In this document: piece by piece, positions 37,945-46,728 of the stretch
How positions within the stretch are numbered: position 1 is the first letter of the stretch
Layout: every line of letters begins with the position of its first letter
DNA from: an uncultured Anaerolineaceae bacterium
Lineage (GTDB): Bacteria; Chloroflexota; Anaerolineae; Anaerolineales; Anaerolineaceae
Assembly: GCA_937920255.1 (NCBI GenBank)
Contig: CALDSL010000003.1
Span: forward strand, 2,432 to 66,431
Direction of reading: 5' to 3'
DNA length: 64,000 nucleotides
Made by a program: the position numbers and the translations under genes
The notes under the pieces: model-generated
Told to the model about the DNA's origin: nothing
Databases searched by the model: none
What the model saw: the letters and a program-made list of their open reading frames with translations, nothing else

Positions 37945-39885
37945 ATGATGAAAAGACAAGGTTTGCTTCGTCTGGTTGTTGTCGTTCTGGTACTGGTCCT
38001 GGCGCTTTCGGTGGCATCTCCCGGAGCAAGCGCCAGCGACGGCGGCAAATCGCGGGTGTGGGTGCAGTTTGTGCCGGGCGCTAAAGCGCAGGTGGAGCAT
38101 GCGCTGGTTGGGGCGAGAGCCGATTTTCATTACGCATTCGATGAATTGGACGCATTCGTCGTAAGCGTGCCGGAAGCTGCGCTAAAAGGACTGGCAAAAA
38201 ATCCGAATGTGGTGCTGATCGAAGAAGATGCCGTGCGTTTCCCGATCAGCATTGAGAAAAGCCAGGCGCCTGCTCCGGCCTCCAGCATCCTTCCCGACCA
38301 GGTCATTCCGTACGGCATCGACATGGTACAGGCTCGGGATGTGTGGGATGCCAACTTTGATGGCGTGGTCGATACCGGAGCGCCTACCGGATCAAACCGC
38401 AAGCTGTGCATCATCGACTCAGGTATGTATACCGCACACGAAGACCTGCAAGGTCTGAACGTGGCCGGCTACAACGGGAATTTAGCCTGGGACGAGGATG
38501 GTTTTGGCCACGGTTCGCATGTGGCTGGGACGATCGCAGCAGTGAATAACGCGTTTGGCGTGATTGGGGTGACGCCAGGGACGGTGCAGCTCTATATCGT
38601 GCGTGTTTTTGGCAATGATGGCGCCTGGACCTACTCCTCCACTCTGATCGATGCTGCCAACCGCTGTGCCTCAGCAGGCGCAAACATCATTAGTATGAGC
38701 CTGGGCGGCGCGCGCTCCAACGCAACCGAAAAGCGCGGTTTTGATAGCCTGTATTCCAAGGGCATCCTCTCGATTGCCGCGGCCGGGAATGAAGGCACAT
38801 CCGCCTATTCTTATCCGGCCTCGTACGCTTCAGTGGTATCGGTGGCCGCGATTGACTCAGCCAAAAACGTCGCTGATTTCTCTCAGTATAACGATCAGGT
38901 CGAACTGGCCGCGCCGGGCGTAGGCGTGTTGAGCACGCTTCCCTACATCGATACCAGCCTGATTACCGTTGATGACATTTCTTACGCCGGTGGTCATATT
39001 GAGTTTTCAGCACGGGGGACTGCCGTGGGAGAACTGGTGGATGGTGGCTTGTGCGCGACAGCCGGCGCCTGGGCCGGGAAAGTCGTCCTGTGCCAGCGCG
39101 GAGAGTATGACTTCTACACCAAGGTAATGAGCGTACAAAATGGCGGCGGTGTAGCGGCAGTGATCTACAATAACGTTCCCGGTGGTTTTCTGGGTACGCT
39201 GGGTGAGGGCTATTCATCCACCATAGTTGCCATCAGTCTGAGCCAGGAAGATGGGCAGTATTTGGTGGCAAACAAGGTGGGATCGACCGGCACGATCGAA
39301 AGCACCATACTCCAACCGGCCAGCGGTTATGAGTACTGGGATGGCACATCCATGGCCACCCCGCACGTCTCCGCGGTTGCGGCCCTGGTGTGGGGTGCGA
39401 AACCAACTGCCTCCAATGGGGACGTCCGCGCTGCGCTGACGGCCACCGCGCAGGATCTCGGAACAGCCGGCCGGGATATTTACTACGGTTACGGTCTGGT
39501 TCAGGCGAAAAGCGCGATCACGTATCTGGCTGGCTCGGGCGGCACCACCAAAACAGTCCACATTGCCGACCTGGATGGAACAAGAGCTGTTTCCAAATCG
39601 AAATGGACCGCGACAGTGACAGCTAAAGTTGTGGATGAGATAGGCGGATTGGTCTCCGGTGCGACGGTGACGGGAACCTGGAGCGGCGGATTTACCGGGA
39701 CGGGTACCTGCACCACGACCACGGCTGGTACTTGTTCAATGACGACCGGCAGCATGAAGCTAACCATGGCTTCGGTCACGTTCACGGTAACCAGTATCAG
39801 CGGGACTGATCTCACCTACAACGCAACAGCCAACACCGACCCGGATGGTGACAGCAATGGCACCGTAATTACAATTTTGAAGTAG
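37945..39885 (+). CDS. Secreted S8 subtilisin-like protease with PA-domain insert and C-terminal beta-rich domain
   Basis: ATGATG after GGGAGGG. Signal peptide MMKRQGLLRLVVVVLVLVLALSVASPGASA. The triad is IIDSGM, HGSHVAGT and GTSMATPHVSA. A PA-like insert lies between the His and Ser. Confidence 0.9.
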   Translation: MMKRQGLLRLVVVVLVLVLALSVASPGASASDGGKSRVWVQFVPGAKAQVEHALVGARADFHYAFDELDAFVVSVPEAALKGLAKNPNVVLIEEDAVRFPISIEKSQAPAPASSILPDQVIPYGIDMVQARDVWDANFDGVVDTGAPTGSNRKLCIIDSGMYTAHEDLQGLNVAGYNGNLAWDEDGFGHGSHVAGTIAAVNNAFGVIGVTPGTVQLYIVRVFGNDGAWTYSSTLIDAANRCASAGANIISMSLGGARSNATEKRGFDSLYSKGILSIAAAGNEGTSAYSYPASYASVVSVAAIDSAKNVADFSQYNDQVELAAPGVGVLSTLPYIDTSLITVDDISYAGGHIEFSARGTAVGELVDGGLCATAGAWAGKVVLCQRGEYDFYTKVMSVQNGGGVAAVIYNNVPGGFLGTLGEGYSSTIVAISLSQEDGQYLVANKVGSTGTIESTILQPASGYEYWDGTSMATPHVSAVAALVWGAKPTASNGDVRAALTATAQDLGTAGRDIYYGYGLVQAKSAITYLAGSGGTTKTVHIADLDGTRAVSKSKWTATVTAKVVDEIGGLVSGATVTGTWSGGFTGTGTCTTTTAGTCSMTTGSMKLTMASVTFTVTSISGTDLTYNATANTDPDGDSNGTVITILK

Positions 39886-39900
39886 CATTTTCCAACTGTT

Positions 39901-39942
39901 AGAAATCAAAACGGAGCGGGAAACCACTCCGTTTTGATTTCT
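39901..39942. terminator. Bidirectional intrinsic terminator
   Basis: agaaatcaaaacggag-cgggaaacca-ctccgttttgatttct: a 16-bp perfect stem between the convergent protease and livF genes. Confidence 0.8.
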
Positions 39943-40019
39943 TCAATCAGGGAAGACGTTATCTGCAAATTAAAATAGAATTAATCTCTGTCCGATCTAT
40001 GCGCAAAAGCCAGTTGAAA

Positions 40020-40796
40020 TCATGCCGCCGGTTCCGCTCCGCGCTGTAGCCGGCCGCCGCCCAGGTAGGCGGCTTTGACGTGCTCGTTCTCCTTGAGCGC
40101 AGCCGCGGCGTCCTGAACAGCCACCTTGCCAATCTCGAGAATATAACCGTAATCGGCCACACCCAACGCCTTGCGCGCGTTCTGCTCCACCAGCAGGATG
40201 GTCACCCCCTGCTCCTCGTGGATCTGGCGGATGACGTGGAAGATCTCCAACACCAGAACGGGCGCCAGCCCGAGCGAGGGCTCATCCAGCAGCAAAATCT
40301 TCGGCTGCGATACCAGCCCTCTCCCCATTGAAAGCATTTGCTGTTCGCCGCCCGAGAGCGTACCCGCCAATTGCTTGCGGCGTTTCTTCAAAATTGGGAA
40401 GAGAGTATAGACCCACTCCATACTCTTCTGAAGCTCGTTCTGGGGAAGTTTTCCGCGCACGCTCCACGCGCCCAGGTTGAGGTTTTCCTCCACGGAGAGC
40501 GTCGCGAATACCCTGCGCCCTTCGGGAACATGCATGATGCCCATCTCGGCCAGGCGATAGGCCGGGTATTTGCTCAGGTCTTCGCCTTTCAGCTTGATGG
40601 ATCCGGATTTGATCGGCACAAGGCCGGAGATGGCTTTGAGCAGGGTGGTTTTCCCGGCGCCATTGGCGCCTAACACGGCGACGACATCGCCCTCTTGAAT
40701 CTCAAGTGAGACGCCCTTGAGGGCTTCCACAGCACCGTACGCGACGGTGAGATTTTCGACGGAAAGCAGCGTGGCTATGTCACTCCTCCTTCCCAA
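40020..40796 (-). CDS. livF: Branched-chain amino acid ABC transporter ATP-binding protein (LivF-like)
   Basis: GANGAGKTTLL Walker A, LSGGEQQML signature and LLLDEPS Walker B. The start is uncertain. The TTG at 40796 is my pick, the track TTG at 40853 overlaps livMG by 74 nt, and a CTG giving MLSVENL is also conceivable. Confidence 0.8.
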   Translation of the reverse strand: MGRRSDIATLLSVENLTVAYGAVEALKGVSLEIQEGDVVAVLGANGAGKTTLLKAISGLVPIKSGSIKLKGEDLSKYPAYRLAEMGIMHVPEGRRVFATLSVEENLNLGAWSVRGKLPQNELQKSMEWVYTLFPILKKRRKQLAGTLSGGEQQMLSMGRGLVSQPKILLLDEPSLGLAPVLVLEIFHVIRQIHEEQGVTILLVEQNARKALGVADYGYILEIGKVAVQDAAAALKENEHVKAAYLGGGRLQRGAEPAA

Positions 40797-42687
40797 GATA
40801 CGCTTCAATGACCTTGGGGTTGTTGTAAATTTTGTCCGGCAGGTCTTCCGCAACCTTGGATCCCATTTCCATCACCGTCACCGAATCGGAAATCCCCATC
40901 ACCACGTTCATATCATGTTCGATCAGCAAGAGCGTGAAACCTTCGGCCAGCAGCTTGTTCAGCAGGCCCATCAATTCTTCCGTTTCGGCATCGTTCAGGC
41001 CTGAGGATGGCTCATCCAGCACCAGCAGCTTTGGTCCGGAAGCCAGCGCCCGCGCGATTTCCAGCACTTTCTGCTTGCCGTACGGCAGGTTCTTGGCCAG
41101 CTCGTTGCGGTATTCCCACAAACCCACCTGGTGCAGCCGGTATGACGCCAGGTCCAGGATGCGGCGTTCTTCCCGCTGCTGCCCGGGCGCATGGAATATC
41201 GATGGGAATAAACCGCTGTGCGCGTGGCAGTGCGCGCCGGACATCACATTCTCGATGCACGTCAGCGAGGGGAACAGACGAATGTTCTGGAACGTGCGGG
41301 CGATGCCGCGCGAGATAATCTGGTGAGGTTTGAGGCTGGTGATATCCTCTCCCGCAAATATCACTTTACCCGAGCTGGGATGGTAAATTCCGGTGATCAC
41401 GTTGAAGAGCGTGGTCTTGCCGGCGCCGTTCGGGCCGATCAGCGATGTGATCTGTCCTTCGCGTACCTTCAGATCAAACTGGCTGACTGCCATCAGGCCG
41501 CCGAACTGCATGTTCACGTGCTGCGTTTCCAGCACGAAACTACCATCCGACAGGCGACCACCGCCACGCGCAGTTACAGGGGCTGGAGCCGCCGCCTGCG
41601 CTGGCGCGATCGTGGCGGCATTCTCGACCGCGCGCGCCAGCAAGGCATCCTCATCCTTGGGTATTTTCGAGATCCCCAAACCGTTGAAACCGCCTCTTTC
41701 TCTGCGGCGGGGCAGAATGCCCTCCGGCCGGAAGACCATCATGATCACCAGCGCGGCGCCAAAGAATAGCAAGCGGTAGCTGGCGAACTGGCGGAAGATT
41801 TCCGGGAAGATAACCACAATGGCCGCGCCCAGCAGATTTCCAGGGATCGAGCCCAGGCCGCCCAGCAGGACGATTACAAACAGGAGGCAGGATTCCATGA
41901 AGGTGAAATTGCTGGGTGAAATGATCATGAACTTGGAGCCGTAGATGTTGCCGGCGATACCCGCCAGCGCAGTGCCAAGCACAAAGGCGATCAGCTTGTA
42001 GTGGCGCACGTCGATGCCGTTGGCTTCGGCGGCGATTTCATCTTCGCGGATGTAATTCCACGCCCTGCCGACTCGCGACTTTTGCAGGTTGATCAGCCCC
42101 AGGATCACCAGCGCGACGATGATCCAGATGTAGTAGTAGAACTGGGTTGGCGTGCGGATGGCAAACAGGCCAAAATTGGGGTTGCCAATGCCGGTGATAC
42201 CGTTCGCGCCGTTGGTCAGTCCAAACGGGTTGTTCAGCGCCGTGATGCGCACAATTTCGCCAATGCCGATGGTGACGATACACAGGTAGTCGCCGCGAAG
42301 ATGGATGATTGGCGAAGCGACCAGATATGCAAACCCGCCGGCCACCAGCGCGCTGATCGGCAGCAGCAACAGGATGGGGATATTGAACTGGTTATAGAGA
42401 ATGGCGGTGGTGTACGCCCCAATCGCGTAAAACGCTGCCTGGCCCAGGTTGAACAGGCCAACTTCGCCTAGAATGATATTCAAACTGAGGCCTAACAGCG
42501 CGTAAATACCAACCAAAAAACCCACATCTACCCAATAGTTGTTGACAAACGGCAGAAATGGAAATACCAGCATAAACACGACCAGTACGGAGAGGAAAAT
42601 GCGCAGCCGCCTGGTGTTAGACGCAGTATCTCGCCCGGCTTGCAGTCTTCCGATACGCTCTAGAATGTTGCGGGTTATATCGCTCAT
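40780..42687 (-). CDS. Fused branched-chain amino acid ABC permease (LivM-like) and ATPase (LivG-like)
   Basis: 635 aa. The N-terminal roughly 330 aa form a polytopic permease. An Ala/Pro linker follows, then GPNGAGKTTLFN, LPYGKQKVLEIARAL and LVLDEPSSGL. Confidence 0.85.
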   Translation of the reverse strand: MSDITRNILERIGRLQAGRDTASNTRRLRIFLSVLVVFMLVFPFLPFVNNYWVDVGFLVGIYALLGLSLNIILGEVGLFNLGQAAFYAIGAYTTAILYNQFNIPILLLLPISALVAGGFAYLVASPIIHLRGDYLCIVTIGIGEIVRITALNNPFGLTNGANGITGIGNPNFGLFAIRTPTQFYYYIWIIVALVILGLINLQKSRVGRAWNYIREDEIAAEANGIDVRHYKLIAFVLGTALAGIAGNIYGSKFMIISPSNFTFMESCLLFVIVLLGGLGSIPGNLLGAAIVVIFPEIFRQFASYRLLFFGAALVIMMVFRPEGILPRRRERGGFNGLGISKIPKDEDALLARAVENAATIAPAQAAAPAPVTARGGGRLSDGSFVLETQHVNMQFGGLMAVSQFDLKVREGQITSLIGPNGAGKTTLFNVITGIYHPSSGKVIFAGEDITSLKPHQIISRGIARTFQNIRLFPSLTCIENVMSGAHCHAHSGLFPSIFHAPGQQREERRILDLASYRLHQVGLWEYRNELAKNLPYGKQKVLEIARALASGPKLLVLDEPSSGLNDAETEELMGLLNKLLAEGFTLLLIEHDMNVVMGISDSVTVMEMGSKVAEDLPDKIYNNPKVIEAYLGKEE

Positions 42688-42689
42688 GT

Positions 42690-43604
42690 TTACACTTTCT
42701 CTGCGATCTTTTCACCGATGATACCGGTCGGCCGGACGATGAGGATCACGATCAAAATTACAAACACAAAAACGTTTTTCCACGCGCCGGAAACAAAGCC
42801 CTCAAACAGCGCTTCCATCATACCCAGCAGCAAGCCGCCAAGCATGGCGCCGGGAATGTTTCCGATGCCACCCAAAATCACGGCGGTGAACGCCTTCAGG
42901 CCATACCCCCAACCAAGATTGAAGATAATACGGTTATAGTTCAACCCCGCGAAAACGCCGGCCAGCCCGCCCAGCGCCGGCCCGACGAAGAAGACAAACA
43001 AAATGATCTTGCGGAAATCGATGCCCATGATGGTGGCGGCCTCACGGTCGAGCGCCGAGGCGCGGACCGCGGAACCAAACAGGGTCCTCTCCACCACAAA
43101 ATAGATGATTGCCATTAAAGCCAGCGAGACCAGAATGGTCACCAGCTTGAGCGTGGTGATGCGAATATCCCCAAACAGCATGATGCTCCCGGTGGGAATG
43201 CTTTCCACGGGGTACGCCTGGAAGCGCGGACCCCAAACAGCCATAATGCCGTTCGAGATGAAGATCGAAGCGCCCAGCGCCGAAACTACCAGCGGCAGGC
43301 GACCAGCCTTGTAAACCGGGGAGTATGCCACCCGCTCCAGGAGCAGGCCGGCCGCGCCGGCGCCCAGCATCGCTCCCAAAACGGCCACCACCACCCCACC
43401 CCAGACGCCAAATGTGCTCGTGATCCAGCCGGATCCAACGACCAGAAGCGTATAACCCAGGTAGCTGCCCAAGGTAAACAGATCACCGTGAGCAAAGTTG
43501 ATCAGTTTCATCACCCCATATACCATGGAGTAACCGATCGCAACGAGAGCATAGAAGGAACCGATCGCCAGGCCATTGATCAACTGCTCGAGAAGCATAT
43601 CCAT
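42690..43604 (-). CDS. livH: Branched-chain amino acid ABC transporter permease (LivH-like)
   Basis: MDMLLEQLINGLAIGSFYALVAIGYSMVYG is a typical LivH N-terminus. The ATG at 43604 follows AGAGGA. Confidence 0.85.
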   Translation of the reverse strand: MDMLLEQLINGLAIGSFYALVAIGYSMVYGVMKLINFAHGDLFTLGSYLGYTLLVVGSGWITSTFGVWGGVVVAVLGAMLGAGAAGLLLERVAYSPVYKAGRLPLVVSALGASIFISNGIMAVWGPRFQAYPVESIPTGSIMLFGDIRITTLKLVTILVSLALMAIIYFVVERTLFGSAVRASALDREAATIMGIDFRKIILFVFFVGPALGGLAGVFAGLNYNRIIFNLGWGYGLKAFTAVILGGIGNIPGAMLGGLLLGMMEALFEGFVSGAWKNVFVFVILIVILIVRPTGIIGEKIAEKV

Positions 43605-43782
43605 AAGACTTTTCCTCTTCCATGTCGTTTGAGCCAAAGCCCTGTTTTGCCATCACACAATCCATGGGATAGGGCTTTATTCTCAATACGCATAGATCTT
43701 TGGGAGCACCCAAACCAATTACAACGCAAATGGAGAGGGTGCTCCCATTGGTTGAGTTAAGGTTTACGCAACCTCTGACAGC

Positions 43783-44949
43783 CTATTTCGAATAGAGCTC
43801 GAGCACGCCCTGATCGTTATAAACATAGGCATAGTAGGGAATGTCTTTCCGGTCGCCGCGGTCGGTGAACAGCAGCGGTCCGGTGATGCCCTTGGCATCC
43901 GTCATGCTGCGCATGGCGCTGGTCACCTGGTCCGGGTCAGTGCTGCCGGCCTTGGTGATGGCAGCCGCAAGCGCATTCAGAGCATCCGCGGCGTACACAG
44001 CCCAGATCGAGCCGGGCAGTTCGTTGTACTTGGCCTTGTAGGCATCCAGGAATTCCTTGGATTCAGGATAGGCCAGGAACTGCGGCATGGGCTCATTCAG
44101 GTGGATCGAATCCTTGATGGCAGCAACGCCGGCGATCTTCTCAAACTCGGGTGTCGGAACGGAGTTGTTGCCGACGAAGATGCTGGTCACGCCCGCATCG
44201 CGCGCCTGTTTCAGCAGCAGGGCCGCTTCGGAGTAGTAGGCGGTATAGAACCACACATCCGGGTTCAAGGATTTGATCTGGCTGACAACCGTCGAGTAAT
44301 CACTCTCGCCGGGGGTAATCGCATCAAAATAGACGATCTCCACTTCGCCGGCGTCGATCTTGGGCTGCATGAACTTCATCGCATCATCCGCTACACCCTT
44401 GCCGTAGTCCTGGTTGTCGTGCATGATGGCGATGCGCTTGGCGCCCAGTGTTTCCGTGGCGAACTTGACGAAGAACTCAGACTGGGTATCGTCACGCCCA
44501 GCAGTGCGGAAGAAGTACGGGCGCTGCTTGTCCATTGTCAAGCGCACAGCGGTGCAGCCGTAGCCAACCGAAACGACCTTGTTGGCATCATACAGGTCAG
44601 CTGCCGGGGCGGTAACCGAGGAACCGTACGAAGCGATTACCTGCTGCAGGCCCTGGGCAATCACTTTCTGGGCAGCCAGAGCGCTATCCTTCGGGTTGGA
44701 AGCATCATCGACCACGACGATTTCAATCTGCTTCCCGAGCACGCCTCCCTTTTTGTTAAGGAGTTCGGCGGCCACCTCGACACTCTGCTGCGCCCACTGG
44801 CCTTCCGCGGCAAAGTCGCCGGTGAGAGGGGCCTGCAGGCCGATCTTGATGGTTTCACTGGTCGAAGCGCCGGGTGCAGCACACCCCGCCAGCACGAGCG
44901 ACAGCGAAACAAGAATAGAGAAAAACCCGACCAACTTCTTTTTCATCAT
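43783..44949 (-). CDS. ABC transporter substrate-binding lipoprotein (LivJ/K-like, type I periplasmic binding fold)
   Basis: Lipobox LVLAGC, and the gene heads the liv operon. Confidence 0.85.
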   Translation of the reverse strand: MMKKKLVGFFSILVSLSLVLAGCAAPGASTSETIKIGLQAPLTGDFAAEGQWAQQSVEVAAELLNKKGGVLGKQIEIVVVDDASNPKDSALAAQKVIAQGLQQVIASYGSSVTAPAADLYDANKVVSVGYGCTAVRLTMDKQRPYFFRTAGRDDTQSEFFVKFATETLGAKRIAIMHDNQDYGKGVADDAMKFMQPKIDAGEVEIVYFDAITPGESDYSTVVSQIKSLNPDVWFYTAYYSEAALLLKQARDAGVTSIFVGNNSVPTPEFEKIAGVAAIKDSIHLNEPMPQFLAYPESKEFLDAYKAKYNELPGSIWAVYAADALNALAAAITKAGSTDPDQVTSAMRSMTDAKGITGPLLFTDRGDRKDIPYYAYVYNDQGVLELYSK

Positions 44950-45161
44950 CTGCTCCTTTTCCCTTGTACGAACGTCTTTGAACGGAAATCAGGCGCCGGT
45001 AGGCGAAAACCTACCTGAGCGCTCAGGAATAATGGCGAGTCTAAGGACTTCGTTACCGTCAGTATTACATTACAGAGAAACAGGGGCCTGAGCAAAGAGC
45101 ATTAGTTGTGCTACGATGTCATGATCAATTGTGTTTATTATATACGGTTTTTCTACTGTGG

Positions 45162-45415
45162 ATAAAGCCAATTCATCTTATCAGTTTTTGCAATTTATCA
45201 TTTTTTGCAATCAGTAGAAATCGTACGTTACCTGCCCTGCCTACCCTTTGCGATTTACATTTTTTTGTTTGATCGTTCGAGTTTTCGTAGGGGGGCGGCT
45301 ATCGTACTATTCAAATAGTATCATACGCAACCCCCCTCCAGCTTCCCCCCAAATCGCAAAAAACCGCGATTTGGGGGGAAGCTAACCCGCTCCTCGATGA
45401 GTGATTGGCTTTATT
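45162..45415. repeat. About 254-bp AT-rich element bounded by imperfect inverted repeats and packed with hairpins (MITE-like or structured RNA)
   Basis: Left end ataaagccaattcatc (45162-45177) against the reverse complement of the right end, ataaagccaatcactcatc (45397-45415). Internal hairpins lie at 45289-45337 and 45340-45383. Confidence 0.45.
45340..45383. other. Perfect 18-bp stem-loop
   Basis: agcttccccccaaatcgc-aaaaaacc-gcgatttggggggaagct, verified base by base. Confidence 0.85.
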
Positions 45416-45608
45416 TAGAGATCTTGAAAATCAGAATTATTGATTTTTAAATGACTACACGCAATTGCGATATATATTGATTGGCACAAAACCCTGCCAT
45501 TTTATCAACCCTTTGTGCATATCTTAGGTTCAACCGTCCATATGGGTACAGCCCTGTAGGTCCGCCTGTGCATCGATCTTCCTGGCCAAAACCTGCCCAT
45601 ACGGCCAG

Positions 45609-45638
45609 TTGTATTTCCCCCTCCCCCATCCGTATAAT
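45609..45638 (+). promoter_or_regulatory. Candidate sigma70 promoter for the ZnF-PP2C gene
   Basis: TTGTAT, 18-nt spacer, TATAAT, 62 nt upstream of the ATG at 45700. Confidence 0.45.
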
Positions 45639-45699
45639 CACCAATGGAAAAGATTTTCGGACATTTTATATCCGATATATAGATGGACGGAGGTGGCGA

Positions 45700-46725
45700 A
45701 TGCAAAACCCTATGATGACTCGCGTTCTCTCAGGGCTGCGCGGTAAGCGCGAAGCCCTGTTGAATTGGGAAAACAAAATTCCGGCTGAGAAGAAAACTGT
45801 TCAGTTAGGCCCCACGCCAGAGATATCCGTTGTCACCCATCTGGAAACTGTTGAAGTTTCGATCGAAGCCGCGCAGGAAGGCACACTGGGTATCTGTGAT
45901 ATTTGCCATGAGCAGGTCGAGCCCCGGCTGCTAGAGGTGGATTACACCGCCACGGTGTGTTTGGAGCATCTCTCGCCGCAGCAGGTCTCGCAGTTGGAGA
46001 GCGAGCTGGAACTGGCTAAGGCGGTGCAAAAAGCACTTCTGCCGCAAGAGGTTCCGGCCATCCCAGGTCTGGAAATCGCCGCATATAGCCGGCCGGCCCA
46101 ATTTGTTGGCGGCGATTATTTCGACTTTGTGCCATTCCGGCCAGACCTGCCCGGCCTGGTGATCGCTGATATTGCCGGCCACGGCATTTCCGCCAGCCTG
46201 CACATGGCCAGTATTCAAACCCTTTCGCGGGCGCTGATCCCAACCAGCAGCACCCCCGCCCAGGCCGTCGAGCGCATCCACGCGTTGTTCGTGCACAACA
46301 TCAACTTCACCACGTTCGTCACGCTCTTTATGGCGGCCTACGATCCTTCCAGCCGTACCTTGACCTACGCCAACGGCGGCCATAATCCGCCACTGCTGCT
46401 ACGAACCTGCACGCCCGAGCCAGAGGCGATCTTCCTGGAACCGACCGGTCCGGCCATTGGCTTGATCGAAGACGCCGAGTACGGCCAGGATGAGGTCAGG
46501 CTTGAACCAGGTGACCTGTTCCTGATGTACACCGATGGCGTGATCGAATCGCGCGCACCAGACGGCAGCATGTACCTGACCGAACGCCTGGTAAAAACGC
46601 TGCGCAGGCTGGCCCATCTGCCCGTAAATGAGATTACGCGCGGAATCCGCGAAAGCCTGGATGAATTTATCCAGGGCATCCCGCTCGACGACGATGTGAC
46701 CTTCGTGATCGCGCGGGTGGTATAA
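45700..46725 (+). CDS. PP2C/SpoIIE-family phosphatase with N-terminal DksA/TraR-type zinc finger
   Basis: The ATG at 45700 follows GGAGGTGG. C66-x2-C69-x17-C87-x2-H90 (45895-45969). The PP2C part has GGDYFDF, IADIAGHG and YTDGV. Confidence 0.8.
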   Translation: MQNPMMTRVLSGLRGKREALLNWENKIPAEKKTVQLGPTPEISVVTHLETVEVSIEAAQEGTLGICDICHEQVEPRLLEVDYTATVCLEHLSPQQVSQLESELELAKAVQKALLPQEVPAIPGLEIAAYSRPAQFVGGDYFDFVPFRPDLPGLVIADIAGHGISASLHMASIQTLSRALIPTSSTPAQAVERIHALFVHNINFTTFVTLFMAAYDPSSRTLTYANGGHNPPLLLRTCTPEPEAIFLEPTGPAIGLIEDAEYGQDEVRLEPGDLFLMYTDGVIESRAPDGSMYLTERLVKTLRRLAHLPVNEITRGIRESLDEFIQGIPLDDDVTFVIARVV

Positions 46726-46728
46726 CCC

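Noticed and set aside
45481-45699. Upstream extension of the PP2C ORF (track start 45481)
   Set aside because: The extension runs through the AT-rich intergenic region and the candidate promoter. The ATG at 45700 has a GGAGGTGG RBS.
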